A stretch of DNA of 64,000 nucleotides, from the NCBI GenBank assembly GCA_951406725.2, contig OX597834.1:27156001-27220000 (forward strand). Direction: 5' to 3'. Below are positions 1 to 11,608 of this stretch, one piece after another; the stretch's first letter is position 1, and every line of letters begins with the position of its first letter. The DNA comes from Octopus vulgaris. Lineage: Eukaryota. Made by a program: the position numbers and the translations under genes. The notes under the pieces were generated by a model. The model was given only the letters and a program-made list of their open reading frames with translations. It did no database searches and was not told where the DNA came from.

Positions 1-84
1 AATAGATGTGGATAGACAGCACCACAGTGGGTTTTTTCCCTTTTCTGCACTAACAGGAAGAATGACAATTGGTAATAGCTTGTG

Positions 85-425
85 GGGGTGGAGGAGGTGA
101 TGATGGTAGTAACGGTGGTGGTGGTGGTGGTGGTGGTGTGTGTGTGTGTGGGGGGGTGATAGTTGTGGTGTGATGGTGGAGAGATGATATTGGAGGCGAG
201 GGTGACAATGATAGTGGTGGTGTTGGTGTTGGTATTGGTAGTGATGGTGGCGGTAGTTCTGGTAGTGGTGACGGTAATAGTGTTAATGATGACAATGATG
301 GCGATATTCATAGTGGCAATCGAGGTGAAGGTATTGGTGGTGGTGGTGGTGGTGATGGTGGTGATGGTGGTGGTTATAGTGGCGCAGTGGCGGTGGTGAT
401 GGTGGTCGTAGCGGCGATTGTTGTG
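85..425. repeat. Degenerate (GGT/GAT)n trinucleotide low-complexity tract
   Basis: Runs of ggtggt/gatggt; explains the Pro- and Val-rich ORFs 50..295 and 163..399. Confidence 0.9.
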
Positions 426-1224
426 ACGGAGCGTCTATGAGCTTTTAACAAGAAAATACGAGGCCATGTAGGAGGAACATTCTAGAACTGTTTCGAATAA
501 AAGATCAGTTAAATCAATCAATAAATCAGCCAATCAATCAATAAATGTTAGTTTTATTTTGTAGATATGATTCGGGAATCATTTTAGGGTCAACTCTGTG
601 GAAAGAACGTTAAGTAAACCCTTCCGTTTGGAGAACCGAGGCAGCACTTTCGGTTAGTGCTAACAATGTTTCCACGGTAGAGTAGCTACAGTATCTGGCT
701 CCCAGAGCAGCCTTTGAGTTTTCCGCCCACCCCGATCTGCCACAGCATATATAGGCTTACACAATACGTCCAAAAATTCCGCCTTATAAAAGCATCGCCC
801 GGGGAGACTGGTACCCATTGCGGCCCTGGGTATCCTATTGCATCTTCCGTCTTCCCTTTCTAAATTTATAGGGAAGTTGAAAAAACGGAATTATGGATGA
901 ATGTTAGATATTCACTGTGAGTGTAATAGAACAAGATGGCTTGATCAGTCTAATGTCTCTAATAGCATTGGTCATTTTGCAAATTGGTAAGATGACGAAT
1001 TTTCAAAGTCATTTGAGCGTTGGAAATACCCACATTAAGGGTTTTAAATCTTTTACCTTTCATTCATTTCAGTTATTGAATTGCATCCATGCTGGGTCAC
1101 TGTCTTGAAGACTTTAACACAACAAATCGGTCGCAGTTCGTATTTTTAAGTTTCGTACTTATTCTATCAATCTCTGATGCTATACCACTATCTTACGGGG
1201 ACGCAAACAATCCAACACCAGTTG

Positions 1225-1365
1225 TGAAGCAATGGTGGTAGTCGTGGTGGTGGACGAACAGACAGACACACACACATACACGATGGGATTCTTCCAGTTT
1301 CCGTCCACCAAATTCATCCCAATGCTTTGGTCAACCTGAGTTTGTAGTAGAAGACACTTACCCAA
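1225..1365 (-). mobile_element. SINE family A, old internal fragment
   Basis: Diverged match to 'cagtttccgtctaccaaatccactcacaaggc...agaagacacttgcccaa' of the full copies. Confidence 0.7.
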
Positions 1366-1394
1366 ATTTACTTCACTTCTGATTTACAACACCT

Positions 1395-1805
1395 TACTCT
1401 TTTACTCTTTTACTTGTTTCAGTCATTTGACTGCGGCCATGCTGGAGCACCGCCTTTAGTCGAGCAAATCGACTCTGGGACTTATTCTTTGTAAGCCCAG
1501 TACTTATTCTATCGGTCTCTTTTTTGCCGAACTGCTAAGTGACGGGGATGTAAACACACCAGCATCGGTTGTCAAGCAATGCTAGGGGGACAAACACAGA
1601 CACATAAACACACACACATATATATATATATATACATATATACGACGTGCTTCTTTCAGTTTCCGTCTACCAAATCCACTCACAAGGCATTGGTCGGCCC
1701 GGGGCTATAGTAGAAGACACTTGCCCAAGATGCCACGCAGTGGGACTGAACCCGGAACCATGTGGTTGGTTAGCAAGCTACTTACCACACAGCCACTCCT
1801 GCGCC
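1395..1805 (-). mobile_element. SINE family A, full length (tRNA-like head, CORE-like block, internal (TA)n(TG)n, AGTAAAAG tandem tail)
   Basis: Minus strand starts ggcgcaggagTGGCTGTGTGG (A box) ... GGTTCAGTCCC (B box), then cttgggcaagtgtctt; ends aacaagtaaaagagtaaaagagta. More than 20 related copies in the window. Confidence 0.92.
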
Positions 1806-2180
1806 TATATGAATTAAAAAAATATATTTTACGTAACGAAGAACAACAAAGGGAGAACTTAACCAATTTAACGTAAGAGTAGCTGTAATGGGATGAATTC
1901 CGTATGACTCTACTTGCGGAAAACGCCAAAGATCGGCGACATTATGGTTCTGTATTTACGGCTTGCTAATTGGCAGAAACATTACTACTTTCATCTGTGA
2001 ACACACAACAATGTGGTTGTCCGCTTTTGTTTTCTTCAAGGGTTATGGTCAAAGAAAATCGCAGCCCCTAAAGTGTAATCGCAGGCCGAAAGGGTTATGC
2101 TCTAAGTTTAATGCAGTTGCGTTTATTTTAATATTTAAAGTCTGCTTGTTTGTTTGTTGTGTTTATATGTATAGAATTTA

Positions 2181-2748
2181 TTGGGTTGTCCGGAAAGTTC
2201 GTGCCGATTTATAGTAGCTTACCTTTCGACTTATTTTAGAACATGGTTGAGTCCATAAAATAGGATTTGACTACACCTCCATTTAGAGCACAGCTTAAGC
2301 TATCTTTTCGTGGAAGAAGGTTTATGTTCCTATAACCTGTGTTAATTCTGTAACCCTTTAAAATGGAAGATAAGAAAGTTCATTTTCGGCACTTGATGAT
2401 TTGGGAACCAGACAAAAATTGCTGCAGCTCGGCCGGGATGTGTTACCCCCACCCTCCATATTCACCAGATACTGTTCCTTCGGATTTCCACTTATTCAGG
2501 TGTTTGCAGAATAGTCTTAATGGTAAAAATTTCAATTCCTTGGATGACGTAAAAAGATACCTTGATGAATTCTTTGCCATGAAACCACCTCAATTTCTGG
2601 GAAGAGGGTATTTTCAAGTTAAAGGAAAGATGGAGACGCATTGTGCAACAAAATGGTTCATATTTGGTTGGCTAAAAATGTAATGGCAAGTATTTATTGA
2701 CCTTTCTCTCTCTTATAAAAATCGGCATGAACTTTCCGGACAACCAAA
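2181..2748 (+). mobile_element. Internally deleted mariner (Tc1/mariner) transposon with both TIRs and TA target duplication
   Basis: TA|ttgggttgtccggaaagttcgtgccgattt ... aaatcggcatgaactttccggacaaccaaa|TA; transposase remnant inside. Confidence 0.93.
2363..2683 (+). pseudogene. Mariner transposase remnant (N-terminus fused to C-terminus)
   Basis: MEDKKVHFRHLMIWE joined to HPPYSPDTVPSDFHLFRCLQNSLNGKNF, matching the mariner HPPYSPDLAPSDxxLF motif; the middle of the protein is missing. Confidence 0.92.
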
Positions 2749-2792
2749 TACTTTACGTGTTTTGTGGCATAACATGCACCTACACCCCCAAT

Positions 2793-2941
<149 letters not shown>

Positions 2942-2962
2942 TAAGTAGGAAGAGCTGGCTAA

Positions 2963-3567
2963 GGCGGCGAGGTGGCAGAAGCGTTAGCACGCCGGGCGAA
3001 ATGCGTAGCCGTATTTCGTCTGCCGTTACGTTCTGGGTTCAAATTCCGCCGAGGTCGACTTTGCCTTTCATCCTTTCGGGGTCGATAAATTAAGTACCAG
3101 TTACGCACTGAGGGTCGATATAATCGACTTAATCCGTTCGTCTGTCCTTGTTTGTCCCCTCTGTGTTTAGCCCCTTGTGGGTAGTAAAGAAATAGGTATT
3201 TCGTCTGCCGTTACGTTCTGGGTTCAAATTCCACCGAGGTCGACTTTGCCTTTCATCCTTTCGGGGTCGTTAAATTAAGTACCACTTACGCACTGGGGTT
3301 GATATAATCGACTTAATCCGTTCGTCTGTCCTTGTTTGTCCCCTCTGTGTTTAGCCCCTTGTGGATAGTAAAGAAATAGGTATTTCGTCTGCCGTTACGT
3401 TCTGGGTTCAAATTCCACCGAGGTCGACTTTGCCTTTCATCCTTTCGGGGGTCGTTAAATTAAGTACCAGTTACGCACTGGCGGTTGATATAATCGACTT
3501 AATCCGTTCGTCTGTCCTTGTTTGTCCCCTCCTCTGTGTTTAGCCCCTCGTGGGTAGTAAAGAAATA
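2963..3567 (+). mobile_element. SINE family B, one head plus three tandem ~184-bp units
   Basis: Head ggcggcgaggTGGCAGAAGCG; units start gtatttcgtctg at 3011, 3196 and 3380, each with B box ggttcaaattcc, the block gcctttcatcctttcggggtcgataaattaagtaccag and the tail gtagtaaagaaata. Confidence 0.92.
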
Positions 3568-3806
3568 TATATTGGTTATACAACGTAACATACAAATGTT
3601 TGATGTAAAATGTTGGGTGGCGGTTGTTTGTGTTTTATTTCAAAAGCTAATTAAATGTTAATTGTCAATATTTATTAGCGATATATCAGATTAAGGCGGC
3701 ATTACTATAAATAGTAATGGGATAAATTAAGAAAGAAAAAAATAAATGATTAATCCAAGATATCGCCTTCGGAGAATAATCCCCAAGGAACAATCCGTTA
3801 ATAAGT

Positions 3807-3912
<106 letters not shown>

Positions 3913-3957
3913 GTATGTATGTATGTATGTATATATACGTGCGCGCGCGCATTTTTC

Positions 3958-4140
3958 TTTTACACGTTTCAATCATTTTACTGCGGCCATGCTGGAACAC
4001 CGCCTTGAAGGGTTTTAGTCGAAGAAATCGAGCCCAGGAGTTATTGTTTGCAAGCCTAGTAATTATCTTTTTGTCGAACCGCTACGTTACGGGGACGTAA
4101 ACACACCAACAAGCGATGGTGGGGGTACAAACACAGACAC
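3958..4140 (-). mobile_element. SINE family A, 3' part, diverged
   Basis: ctgcggccatgctggaacaccgcc...cggggacgtaaacacacc. Confidence 0.8.
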
Positions 4141-4167
4141 AAAGATATATGCATAAATACATATACA

Positions 4168-4388
4168 CACGTGGGGGTGTATGAAAAGTCTCGAGGCTCA
4201 AAAAAAAAAACATGCTACAAGACTTCTGATGAAGGGACAAGACGTGAAGGGTACAAGACTCTCTCTCTATTTCTCTCTCTCTCTCTCTCTCTCTTTGTGA
4301 ATTTGTCAAGACTTGAATTTGTACAAGACTTGTACCTTCATCTGGTCTTGTACCTTGAAGGCTCAAGACTTTCCATACACCCCTGGTA
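4168..4388. mobile_element. Mariner-type MITE
   Basis: Imperfect TIRs ggggtgtatgaaaagtctcgaggct / aggctcaagactttccatacacccc near TA; internal tacaagac repeats. Confidence 0.7.
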
Positions 4389-4394
4389 TATACG

Positions 4395-4746
4395 CTATAC
4401 GTTGTGAGTTCAAATTCCACCGAGGTCGACTTTGCCTTTCATTCTTTCGGAGTCCGATTAAATAAGTACCTGTTAATAACTGGGGTCGATGTAATCGACT
4501 TAATCCCTTTGTCTGTCCTTGTTTGTCCACTCTATGTTTAGCCCTTGTGGTAGTAAAGAAATGGGTATTTCGTCTGTCGCTACGTTCTGAGTTCAAATTC
4601 CACCGAGGTCGACTTTGCCTTTCATCACTTCGGAGTCGATAAATTAAGTACCGGTTAAGCACTGGGGTCGATGTAATCGAATTAATCCCTTTGTCTGTTC
4701 TTGTTTGTTCCCTCTATGTTTAGCCCCTTGTGGGCAATAAAGAAAT
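4395..4746 (+). mobile_element. SINE family B, two tandem units, 5' truncated
   Basis: Two B-box/body/tail units joined at gaaatgggtatttc (4558-4571). Confidence 0.88.
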
Positions 4747-4756
4747 AAGAAATAAG

Positions 4757-5183
4757 AAGCTTGTTTCCCAACCACATGGTTCCGGGTTCAGTCCCATTGC
4801 TTGGCACCATGGGCGAGTGTATTCTAGTACAGCTTCGGGCTGACCAAAACCTTGTAAATGAAATTTGTAGGTGGAAACTGAAAGAAGCCTGTCGTATATA
4901 TATATATACATATCTGCTAGCGTGTGTGTTGTATATGTTTGTGGGTGGGGTGGGTGGGGCGTGGGTGTCTTTGTGTCTGTGATTGATCCCCCTACTGCCA
5001 CTTGACAACCGGTGTTGACATGTTAACGTCCCCGTAACTTAGAGGTTCGGCAAAAATGACCGATAGAATAAGCGTCATGTTTGAATGGATAAAAGTGCTG
5101 GGACTGATTCATTCAACTAAAAATTTATTTCCGGGCGGAGATCCAGCATGGCCGCTGTCTAATTAATGAAACAAGATAAAGGA
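4757..5183 (+). mobile_element. SINE family A, diverged
   Basis: ccaaccacatggttccgggttcagtccca ... ccagcatggccgctgtc. Confidence 0.85.
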
Positions 5184-5270
5184 TGTAATTAGGAAACAGT
5201 TATACGGTTGGATTTTATTGTTGGATTTTATTGGAGATGACTGTTCCGAAGTCAAGAGGACAATCTGATA

Positions 5271-5668
5271 TCTTTATATATAAAAGTGAAGTTGTGTGTC
5301 TGTCTCCTACGATTTAGATTCCTAACTACTCCCACATTTTGCGTTGCAGCTTAACCAAAACCGGGTATCTTATAGTCGTGATTCATATCGAGCCCTTCTG
5401 GGTATTAGTGCGCGTCTACGATGAGTCTACGATTTTAAAATAAGATTACCATCATTTTTTTTCCATTTTAATGCATTTTTTCGCTATTATATAAGGGAAG
5501 TAACTCTCTAAAAATATCTACGATGAGTCAACGATTTAAAAAAAAATTACCATAATTTTTTTCCCATTTTTAATGCATTTTTTTGCTATCTTTTGGCTAT
5601 AACTCTCTAAAAATGCTTATATAATTATTTCCCTTACAAACCCGAGCAACGCCGGGCGATACTGCTAG
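5271..5668 (+). mobile_element. Non-autonomous Helitron
   Basis: Inserted between A and T; starts TCtttatatataaaa, ends with the GC hairpin cccgagcaacgccggg (5641-5656) then CTAG (5665-5668); no TSD; internal ~100-bp duplication. Confidence 0.85.
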
Positions 5669-5863
5669 TATATTTATAAATATCGAACTATTTGGGAAAC
5701 CAGCAGAAAGACAAGATGAAATGAATAAATAAAAAAGATAAATACCTTGGATCGAATTTATAGGCACCAGATCAGAGAAAAGAAGCTGCAAAACAAAAGA
5801 CAATGATGATTACCGCTGGTTCAATATCTCAACGAAGTTTTTAAAAAAAATCTAAAATCTATA

Positions 5864-6028
5864 GGCGTAGGAATGGCTGTGTGGTAAGTAGCTTGCTAAC
5901 CAACCACATGGTTCCGGGTTCAGTCCCACTGCGTGGCATCTTGGGCAAGTGTCTTCTACTATAGTCCCGGGCCGACCAATGCCGTGTGAGTGGATTTGGT
6001 AGACGGAAACTGAAAGAAGCCTGTCGTA

Positions 6029-6068
<40 letters not shown>

Positions 6069-6320
6069 TATGTATGTGTGTGTGCGTTTGTGTGTCTGTG
6101 TGTGTTTGTGTGTCTGTGTTTGTCTCCCTAGCATTGCTTGACAACCGATGTGGTGTGTTTATGTCCCCGTCACTTAGCGGTTCGGCAAAAAAGAGACCGA
6201 TAGAATAAGTACTGGGCATACAAGAGAATATGTCCCGGGGTCGAGTTGCTCGATTAAAGGCGGTGCTCCAGCATGGCCGCAGTCAAATGACTGAAACAAG
6301 TAAAAGAGTAAAAGAGAGTA
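5864..6320 (+). mobile_element. SINE family A, full length
   Basis: ggcgtaggaatggctgtgtgg ... aacaagtaaaagagtaaaagagag. Confidence 0.92.
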
Positions 6321-6352
6321 AAGATTATTATCATTATCATTATTATGATGAA

Positions 6353-6655
6353 GGCGGCGAGCTGGCAGAAACGTTAGCACGACGGGCGAAATACTTAGCA
6401 GTATGAAATGCCCAAGACGTGAGAAAGAGGATTGCCCCATCACTCAATCGGAGCACATTTACAGCTGAGTTGACTGAGCCAACGTGAAATGAAATGTCTT
6501 TCATCATGCAACCCTTTCGGCCTTTTCGTTTCCTTCGGCCCCTACGGGGACATTCAGTGGGTAGCAGAAGGAGGAAAAACGAGGAGACTGCCCTACTAAT
6601 TGGCTGGCACTCATTTACAGCCGAGCAGACTGAGCGAACGTGAAATTAAGTGCTT
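6353..6655. mobile_element. SINE B head (+) followed by two old family C-like fragments (-)
   Basis: ggcggcgagctggcagaaacgttagcacg at 6353; catttacagctgag...gagccaacgtgaaat at ~6456 and a similar block at ~6614. Confidence 0.6.
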
Positions 6656-7064
6656 TTTAGTCTTGGCGGTTCGATAATATTTTTCGAGATTTTGTTTATG
6701 AAGCAAGCAAATTTTACTTCTTGGCCTTTCATGTCCCAGTTCCACGCTCCAAGTCCGGCATCAACCGAGGAAAATAATGGTAAGCATGTTTAGAATCTAT
6801 ATTTAATATAACATGCTGCTAATATCTATCTTCGAGACTTGCCTCTTACAAACCGGAAGTGTTAGTCGCAGAAAACATTCCAGGCGGAAATATTTCCAGC
6901 AGGTAATAATGCTACAGCTGGCGCCACTGCCGCCGCTGCTGGTACTACCACTGCTGCTGCTGCGGCTTCTGCTGCTGCTACTATGTATGGCTGAGTATTC
7001 TCTTGGAGGCTGAAATTTTTCAGGTCTACTGTACTTTTTTTTTATTTCGTGTTTTTCTTTTGTT

Positions 7065-7313
7065 TTCATTCATTCACTCATTCGTTCCTTTTTCTTTCTT
7101 TCTTTCATTCTTTCTTTGTAACTTTCATTCACTCATTCATTCATTCACTCATTCATTTATTCATTCATTCATTTATTTATTCTTTCTTTCTTCGTATTCT
7201 TTGTTCTTTTTTCCTTTACTTTCTTTTTCTCATTCTTTCATTCTCTCTGTCTTTCTTACTTTGTAGCTTTCCTTCTTTCTGTCTAAACTTCTTTCCTTCC
7301 TTCCTTCCTTCCT

Positions 7314-7352
<39 letters not shown>

Positions 7353-7422
7353 CCTTTCTAGAAATATTTCCTTTTCTTTCCTCTTTAGTTCTCTGTTTGA
7401 AAGATGAAAATGATAATGATGA

Positions 7423-7454
<32 letters not shown>

Positions 7455-7560
7455 ATGATGGTAATGACGACGACGATGATGATTATTATAGTTGTTGCGC
7501 TTGTACTTGTGGTAGTGATGAAGATGGTGCTGGTGTTGCTGATGTTGATGGTAGTGATGG
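7065..7560. repeat. Compound (TTCA)n/(TTCC)n/(TTTC)n then (GAT)n tracts
   Basis: Direct reading. Confidence 0.92.
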
Positions 7561-8021
7561 TTGTTGGATGAGAGAAAGAGGTGTGGAGGGGGGGAGAATG
7601 ACGTCGGCAGAAGCGTAGCGGCGTGAGCATTTAGAAATGGTATTTGCATTACGGCTGGAACCAACCATTCACACACACACAAAACACACACACATCACCA
7701 CCACCACTACCACTATTCACTACGTTTCACGCCATACCATATTCCTGTCTTCCTCTACACTACTCTAACCCCTACCCATATATTGCAAACTGTAGTCAGA
7801 CGTTAAAAATACCGACCGGAAGTTCCCGGCCACAGCCATTTTCTATGCAACTCTTTGCATTCTTCCTAACAGCAGTCAACATTACCTGTTTCTGTTCTAA
7901 TTCGAACCTCCGCCCCGCCAGGTTGAATGTTGGTCAAGTGGTTGCGTTATTGGAGTACCAGATCAGAGGTTATCAGTTTAAACCTATTCTATTATAAGGC
8001 GTATGTATGTATTCGTACACA

Positions 8022-8081
<60 letters not shown>

Positions 8082-8199
8082 AACAGATGTATATATTTTC
8101 CCCTTGTTAACAATTAACACGGAAAAAATAGATAGATAGTTACCGGGGTAACTATCTATCAAACAAGTAAAAAGGTTGCAACTCCTTGCTTTTAAAGGT

Positions 8200-8505
8200 A
8201 GAAACTCCGGGTTTACGTGCCTCAGGTAGTTGGTTGATATTTCTTGTTTCTTGATTGCAAACGCATACCCTTCAATCCTGCTATTCGTTCATGGTAGTAA
8301 TACGGCTATTGGTCCATGATGAACTGCATTGATGATCGATGTTACTATCACCTCGGAGCTTTCGACTAACATATCGATGCATAATCTTCTGCTCATATAG
8401 GCTCATACTTTCGTCTGACGATACGATGTGGTTCGACTTCTTTGGGCATGTATTCTAGGTTATCAGACAAAGTGTGTTGCTCAAGGAGCTGCCATCCAAG
8501 TCTTA
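8200..8505 (-). mobile_element. R4/Dong-like non-LTR retrotransposon fragment (post-RT region)
   Basis: Hand translation of the minus strand gives MHRYVSRKLRGDSNIDHQCSSSWTN and, after a frameshift, IEGYAFAIKKQEISTNYL, resembling the EGFxxAxQ(D/E)Qx(I/L)xTxNY motif of R4-clade ORFs; 5' end abuts (CATA)n. Confidence 0.65.
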
Positions 8506-8905
8506 TGATGTATGTATGTATGCATGCATGCATGCATGTATGTATGTATGTATGTATGTATGTATGTATGTATGTATGTATGTATGTATGTATGTATGCA
8601 TGTATGCATATATGTATTTATGTATGTAAGTACGTGCGTACGTATGTATATGCACATGCATGTGCATATATGTGCATGTATGTATACATGTGTATGTATA
8701 TATGTATGTATGCATGCAAGCATGTATGTCTAAGTGGTCACATGCTTGTGTATATGTTCACATACATACATACACACACATATTTTATATATAATGTGTG
8801 TGTATGAATGTATATATATATATATATAAATATTTACGTATCTATTCTCTTTCTATCCCTCTCCCTCTCTCTCTCCTTCCCCTCTATCCCTACTTATGCA
8901 TATGA

Positions 8906-8944
<39 letters not shown>

Positions 8945-8972
8945 TATATGTATATGTATGTATATATATATA

Positions 8973-9030
<58 letters not shown>

Positions 9031-9180
9031 TGTGTATGTATGACTATATATGTGTGTGTTTGCGCACGCGCGCGTATGTGTGTGTGTGTGTGTATATGCA
9101 TGAATCCATACATATGTGAGTATATGTGTGTGTGTGCTTCTGTGGGCGTGCGTGTTGTATGTTGTGTGTGTGTATGCGAT
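8505..9180. repeat. Compound (TATG)n/(TA)n/(TG)n field
   Basis: Direct reading. Confidence 0.95.
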
Positions 9181-9718
9181 GTCTGAATAAATGCAGCTTC
9201 ACTAGACTCAGCCATCCCATATAGGAATGCCACTAAATGCCATTCTCTAACAATTGCTTGGCTAAGTTGTTTCTGATGTCACTTATTTAACCTCCTCCAT
9301 TAAAGAGCTCCGAACGTTCACAATATATAAAAAAAAATGATTAAAAGCAGACGACCGACCGATTGTGATAACGCCATTGACTGGGAGACAGATTAAAAAT
9401 TAATGATGCTCTGTGTTGTCTTGTCTTTGGTTTACTGACCCAGCTTGTTTGATACTGCATGGTAAGGAGGACAGACTGAAGAAGGGCTGGTGTTAGGGGT
9501 TTTTCTGGCAAACGTTTCTCTCATATTCACATCTTTCCAACAATGATACATTACACCCCACTACACCAAACCACAATAATTGCGTTTGATCGAGGAAAGA
9601 ACAACGACGCTTTTAATATAAAAATAACACCAATAGTAATAATTGGACCCTAAGATAGGAACAAGGGTCTGAAAATTTTGAGGGACGTGTTTAATCGATT
9701 ACATCGGCCCTGGTTATC

Positions 9719-9937
9719 TTTACTTGTTTCAGTCATTAGACTGCAACCATGCTGGGGTACCGCCTTGAAGAACTTTTAGTCGAATACACTAACCCCTAGT
9801 ACTGTATTTTTTAAGTATGGTACTTATCGTATCGGTCTCTCAAGGGGACGCAAGTACACCAACGCCGGTTATCAAGCGGTATGGTGCAAAACAAACACAA
9901 ATACAGTGACACACATACTCACACACACAGAGAGACA

Positions 9938-10014
<77 letters not shown>

Positions 10015-10524
10015 GATGAACTTGTGAAGACGCATGGCTCAGTGGTTAGAGCGTTGAGCTTACGATCGCAAGGTTGTGAGTTCGAATCCCAGACCGGGCT
10101 GCGTGTGTGTTCTTGAGCAAGACGCTTTATTTCACGTTGCTCCAGTTCACTCAGCTGTAGAAATGAGTTGCGATGTCACTGGTGCCATGATGTATCGGCC
10201 GTTGCCTTTCCTTTGGATAACATCAGTGGTATGGAGAAGGGAGACTGGTATGCATGGGTGACTGCTGGTCTTCCATAAACAACCCTGCCCGGACTTGTGC
10301 CTGGGAGGCTAACTTTCTAGGTGCAATCCCATGGTCATTCATGACCGAAGGGGGGGCTCAATACGATGGACTTCTTACAGTTACCGCCCGCCAAGTCCAC
10401 ACAAGGCTTTGGTCGGACTGAAGCTATTGTAGGGGATAATTGTCCAAGGTGCCACGCAGTGGGGCTCAGCTTGGAATCATGTGGTTGAGAAGCAAACGTT
10501 TTACCACACTGCTATACCTGCTCC
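9719..10524 (-). mobile_element. Old SINE family A copy interrupted by a SINE C insertion
   Basis: Tail 9719-9900, (CA)n(TA)n, SINE C, then head 10362-10524. Confidence 0.82.
10026..10358 (+). mobile_element. SINE family C, full length (tRNA head plus CORE-like block)
   Basis: TGGCTCAGTGG (A box), GAGTTCGAATCCC (B box), gtgttcttgagcaagacgctttatttcac; matches the copies at 26621 and 31171. Confidence 0.92.
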
Positions 10525-10735
10525 TATTTGAATATCATTTTCTTTTATCATCCCGAAAGGATGAAAGGCAGGGTTCACCTGATTAGGGTTTGAAATCAGA
10601 ACGTAACAGGAGAAATAAACACCGCAAGGCATTTTTTCTAGACATTCTTCGATTCTGCCAATCCACAAGCTCAATAATATTTCTTCAGGTACGGGGCCAA
10701 CAATTTTTAGGGGAGGTGGCTGGTCTTAATATTGC

Positions 10736-10959
10736 GAGCTAGCAGAAACGTTAGCAAGTCGGGCAAAATGCGTAGCTGTATTTCGTCTGTCGATACGTTC
10801 CGAGTTCAAATTCCGCCGAGGTTGACTTTGCCTTTCATCCTTTCGGGGTCGATAAATTAAGTACCAGTTACGCACTGGGGTCGATGTAATCGACTTAATC
10901 CCTTTGTCTGTCCTTGTTTGTCCCTCTAAGTTTAGCCCCCTGTAGGCAATAAAGAAATA
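10736..10959 (+). mobile_element. SINE family B monomer with 8-bp TSD
   Basis: AATATTGC at 10728-10735 and 10960-10967; flanked by older minus-strand B remnants (~10545-10670, ~10975-11100). Confidence 0.88.
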
Positions 10960-11141
10960 AATATTGCCGACTCAAGAACTAGATTGGTACTTTATTTTTC
11001 GACCCTGGAGGGACAGAAAGAACGGTTGACGTCGACGGGTTTTAAACTCGGAACCAGAGCAAATAACGCAAGGCATTTTGTCCGTTGGTCTAACGATTTT
11101 GTTAATTCCTGGTCCTCACCCTGCTTAGTAATTATTTCTGT

Positions 11142-11303
11142 GTGGCTGTGTGGTAAGTAGCTTGTTTACCAACCACATGGTTCCGGGTTCAGTCCCACTG
11201 CGTGGCACCTTGGGCAAGTGTTTTCTACTATAGCATCGGACCGACCAAAGCCTTGTGAGTGGATTTGGTAGATGGAAACTGAAAGAAGCCCGTCGCATAT
11301 ATG

Positions 11304-11371
<68 letters not shown>

Positions 11372-11563
11372 TGTGTCTGTGTTTGTCCCCCTAGCATTGC
11401 TTGACAACCGATGCTGGTGTGTCTATGTCCCCGTTACTTAGCGGTTTGGCAAAAGAGACCGATAGAATAAGTACTGGGCTTACAAAAGAATAAGTCCCGG
11501 GGTCGAGTTGCTCGATTAAAGGCGGTGCTCCAGCGTGGCCGCAGTCAAATGGCTGAAACAAGT

Positions 11564-11567
<4 letters not shown>
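11142..11567 (+). mobile_element. SINE family A
   Basis: gtggctgtgtggtaagtagc ... gaaacaagtaaaa. Confidence 0.92.

Positions 11568-11606
<39 letters not shown>

Positions 11607-11608
<2 letters not shown>

Noticed and set aside
10026-10100. tRNA genes at the heads of families A-D
   Set aside because: A and B boxes are present but each head continues into a shared SINE body; I could not build complete cloverleaves.
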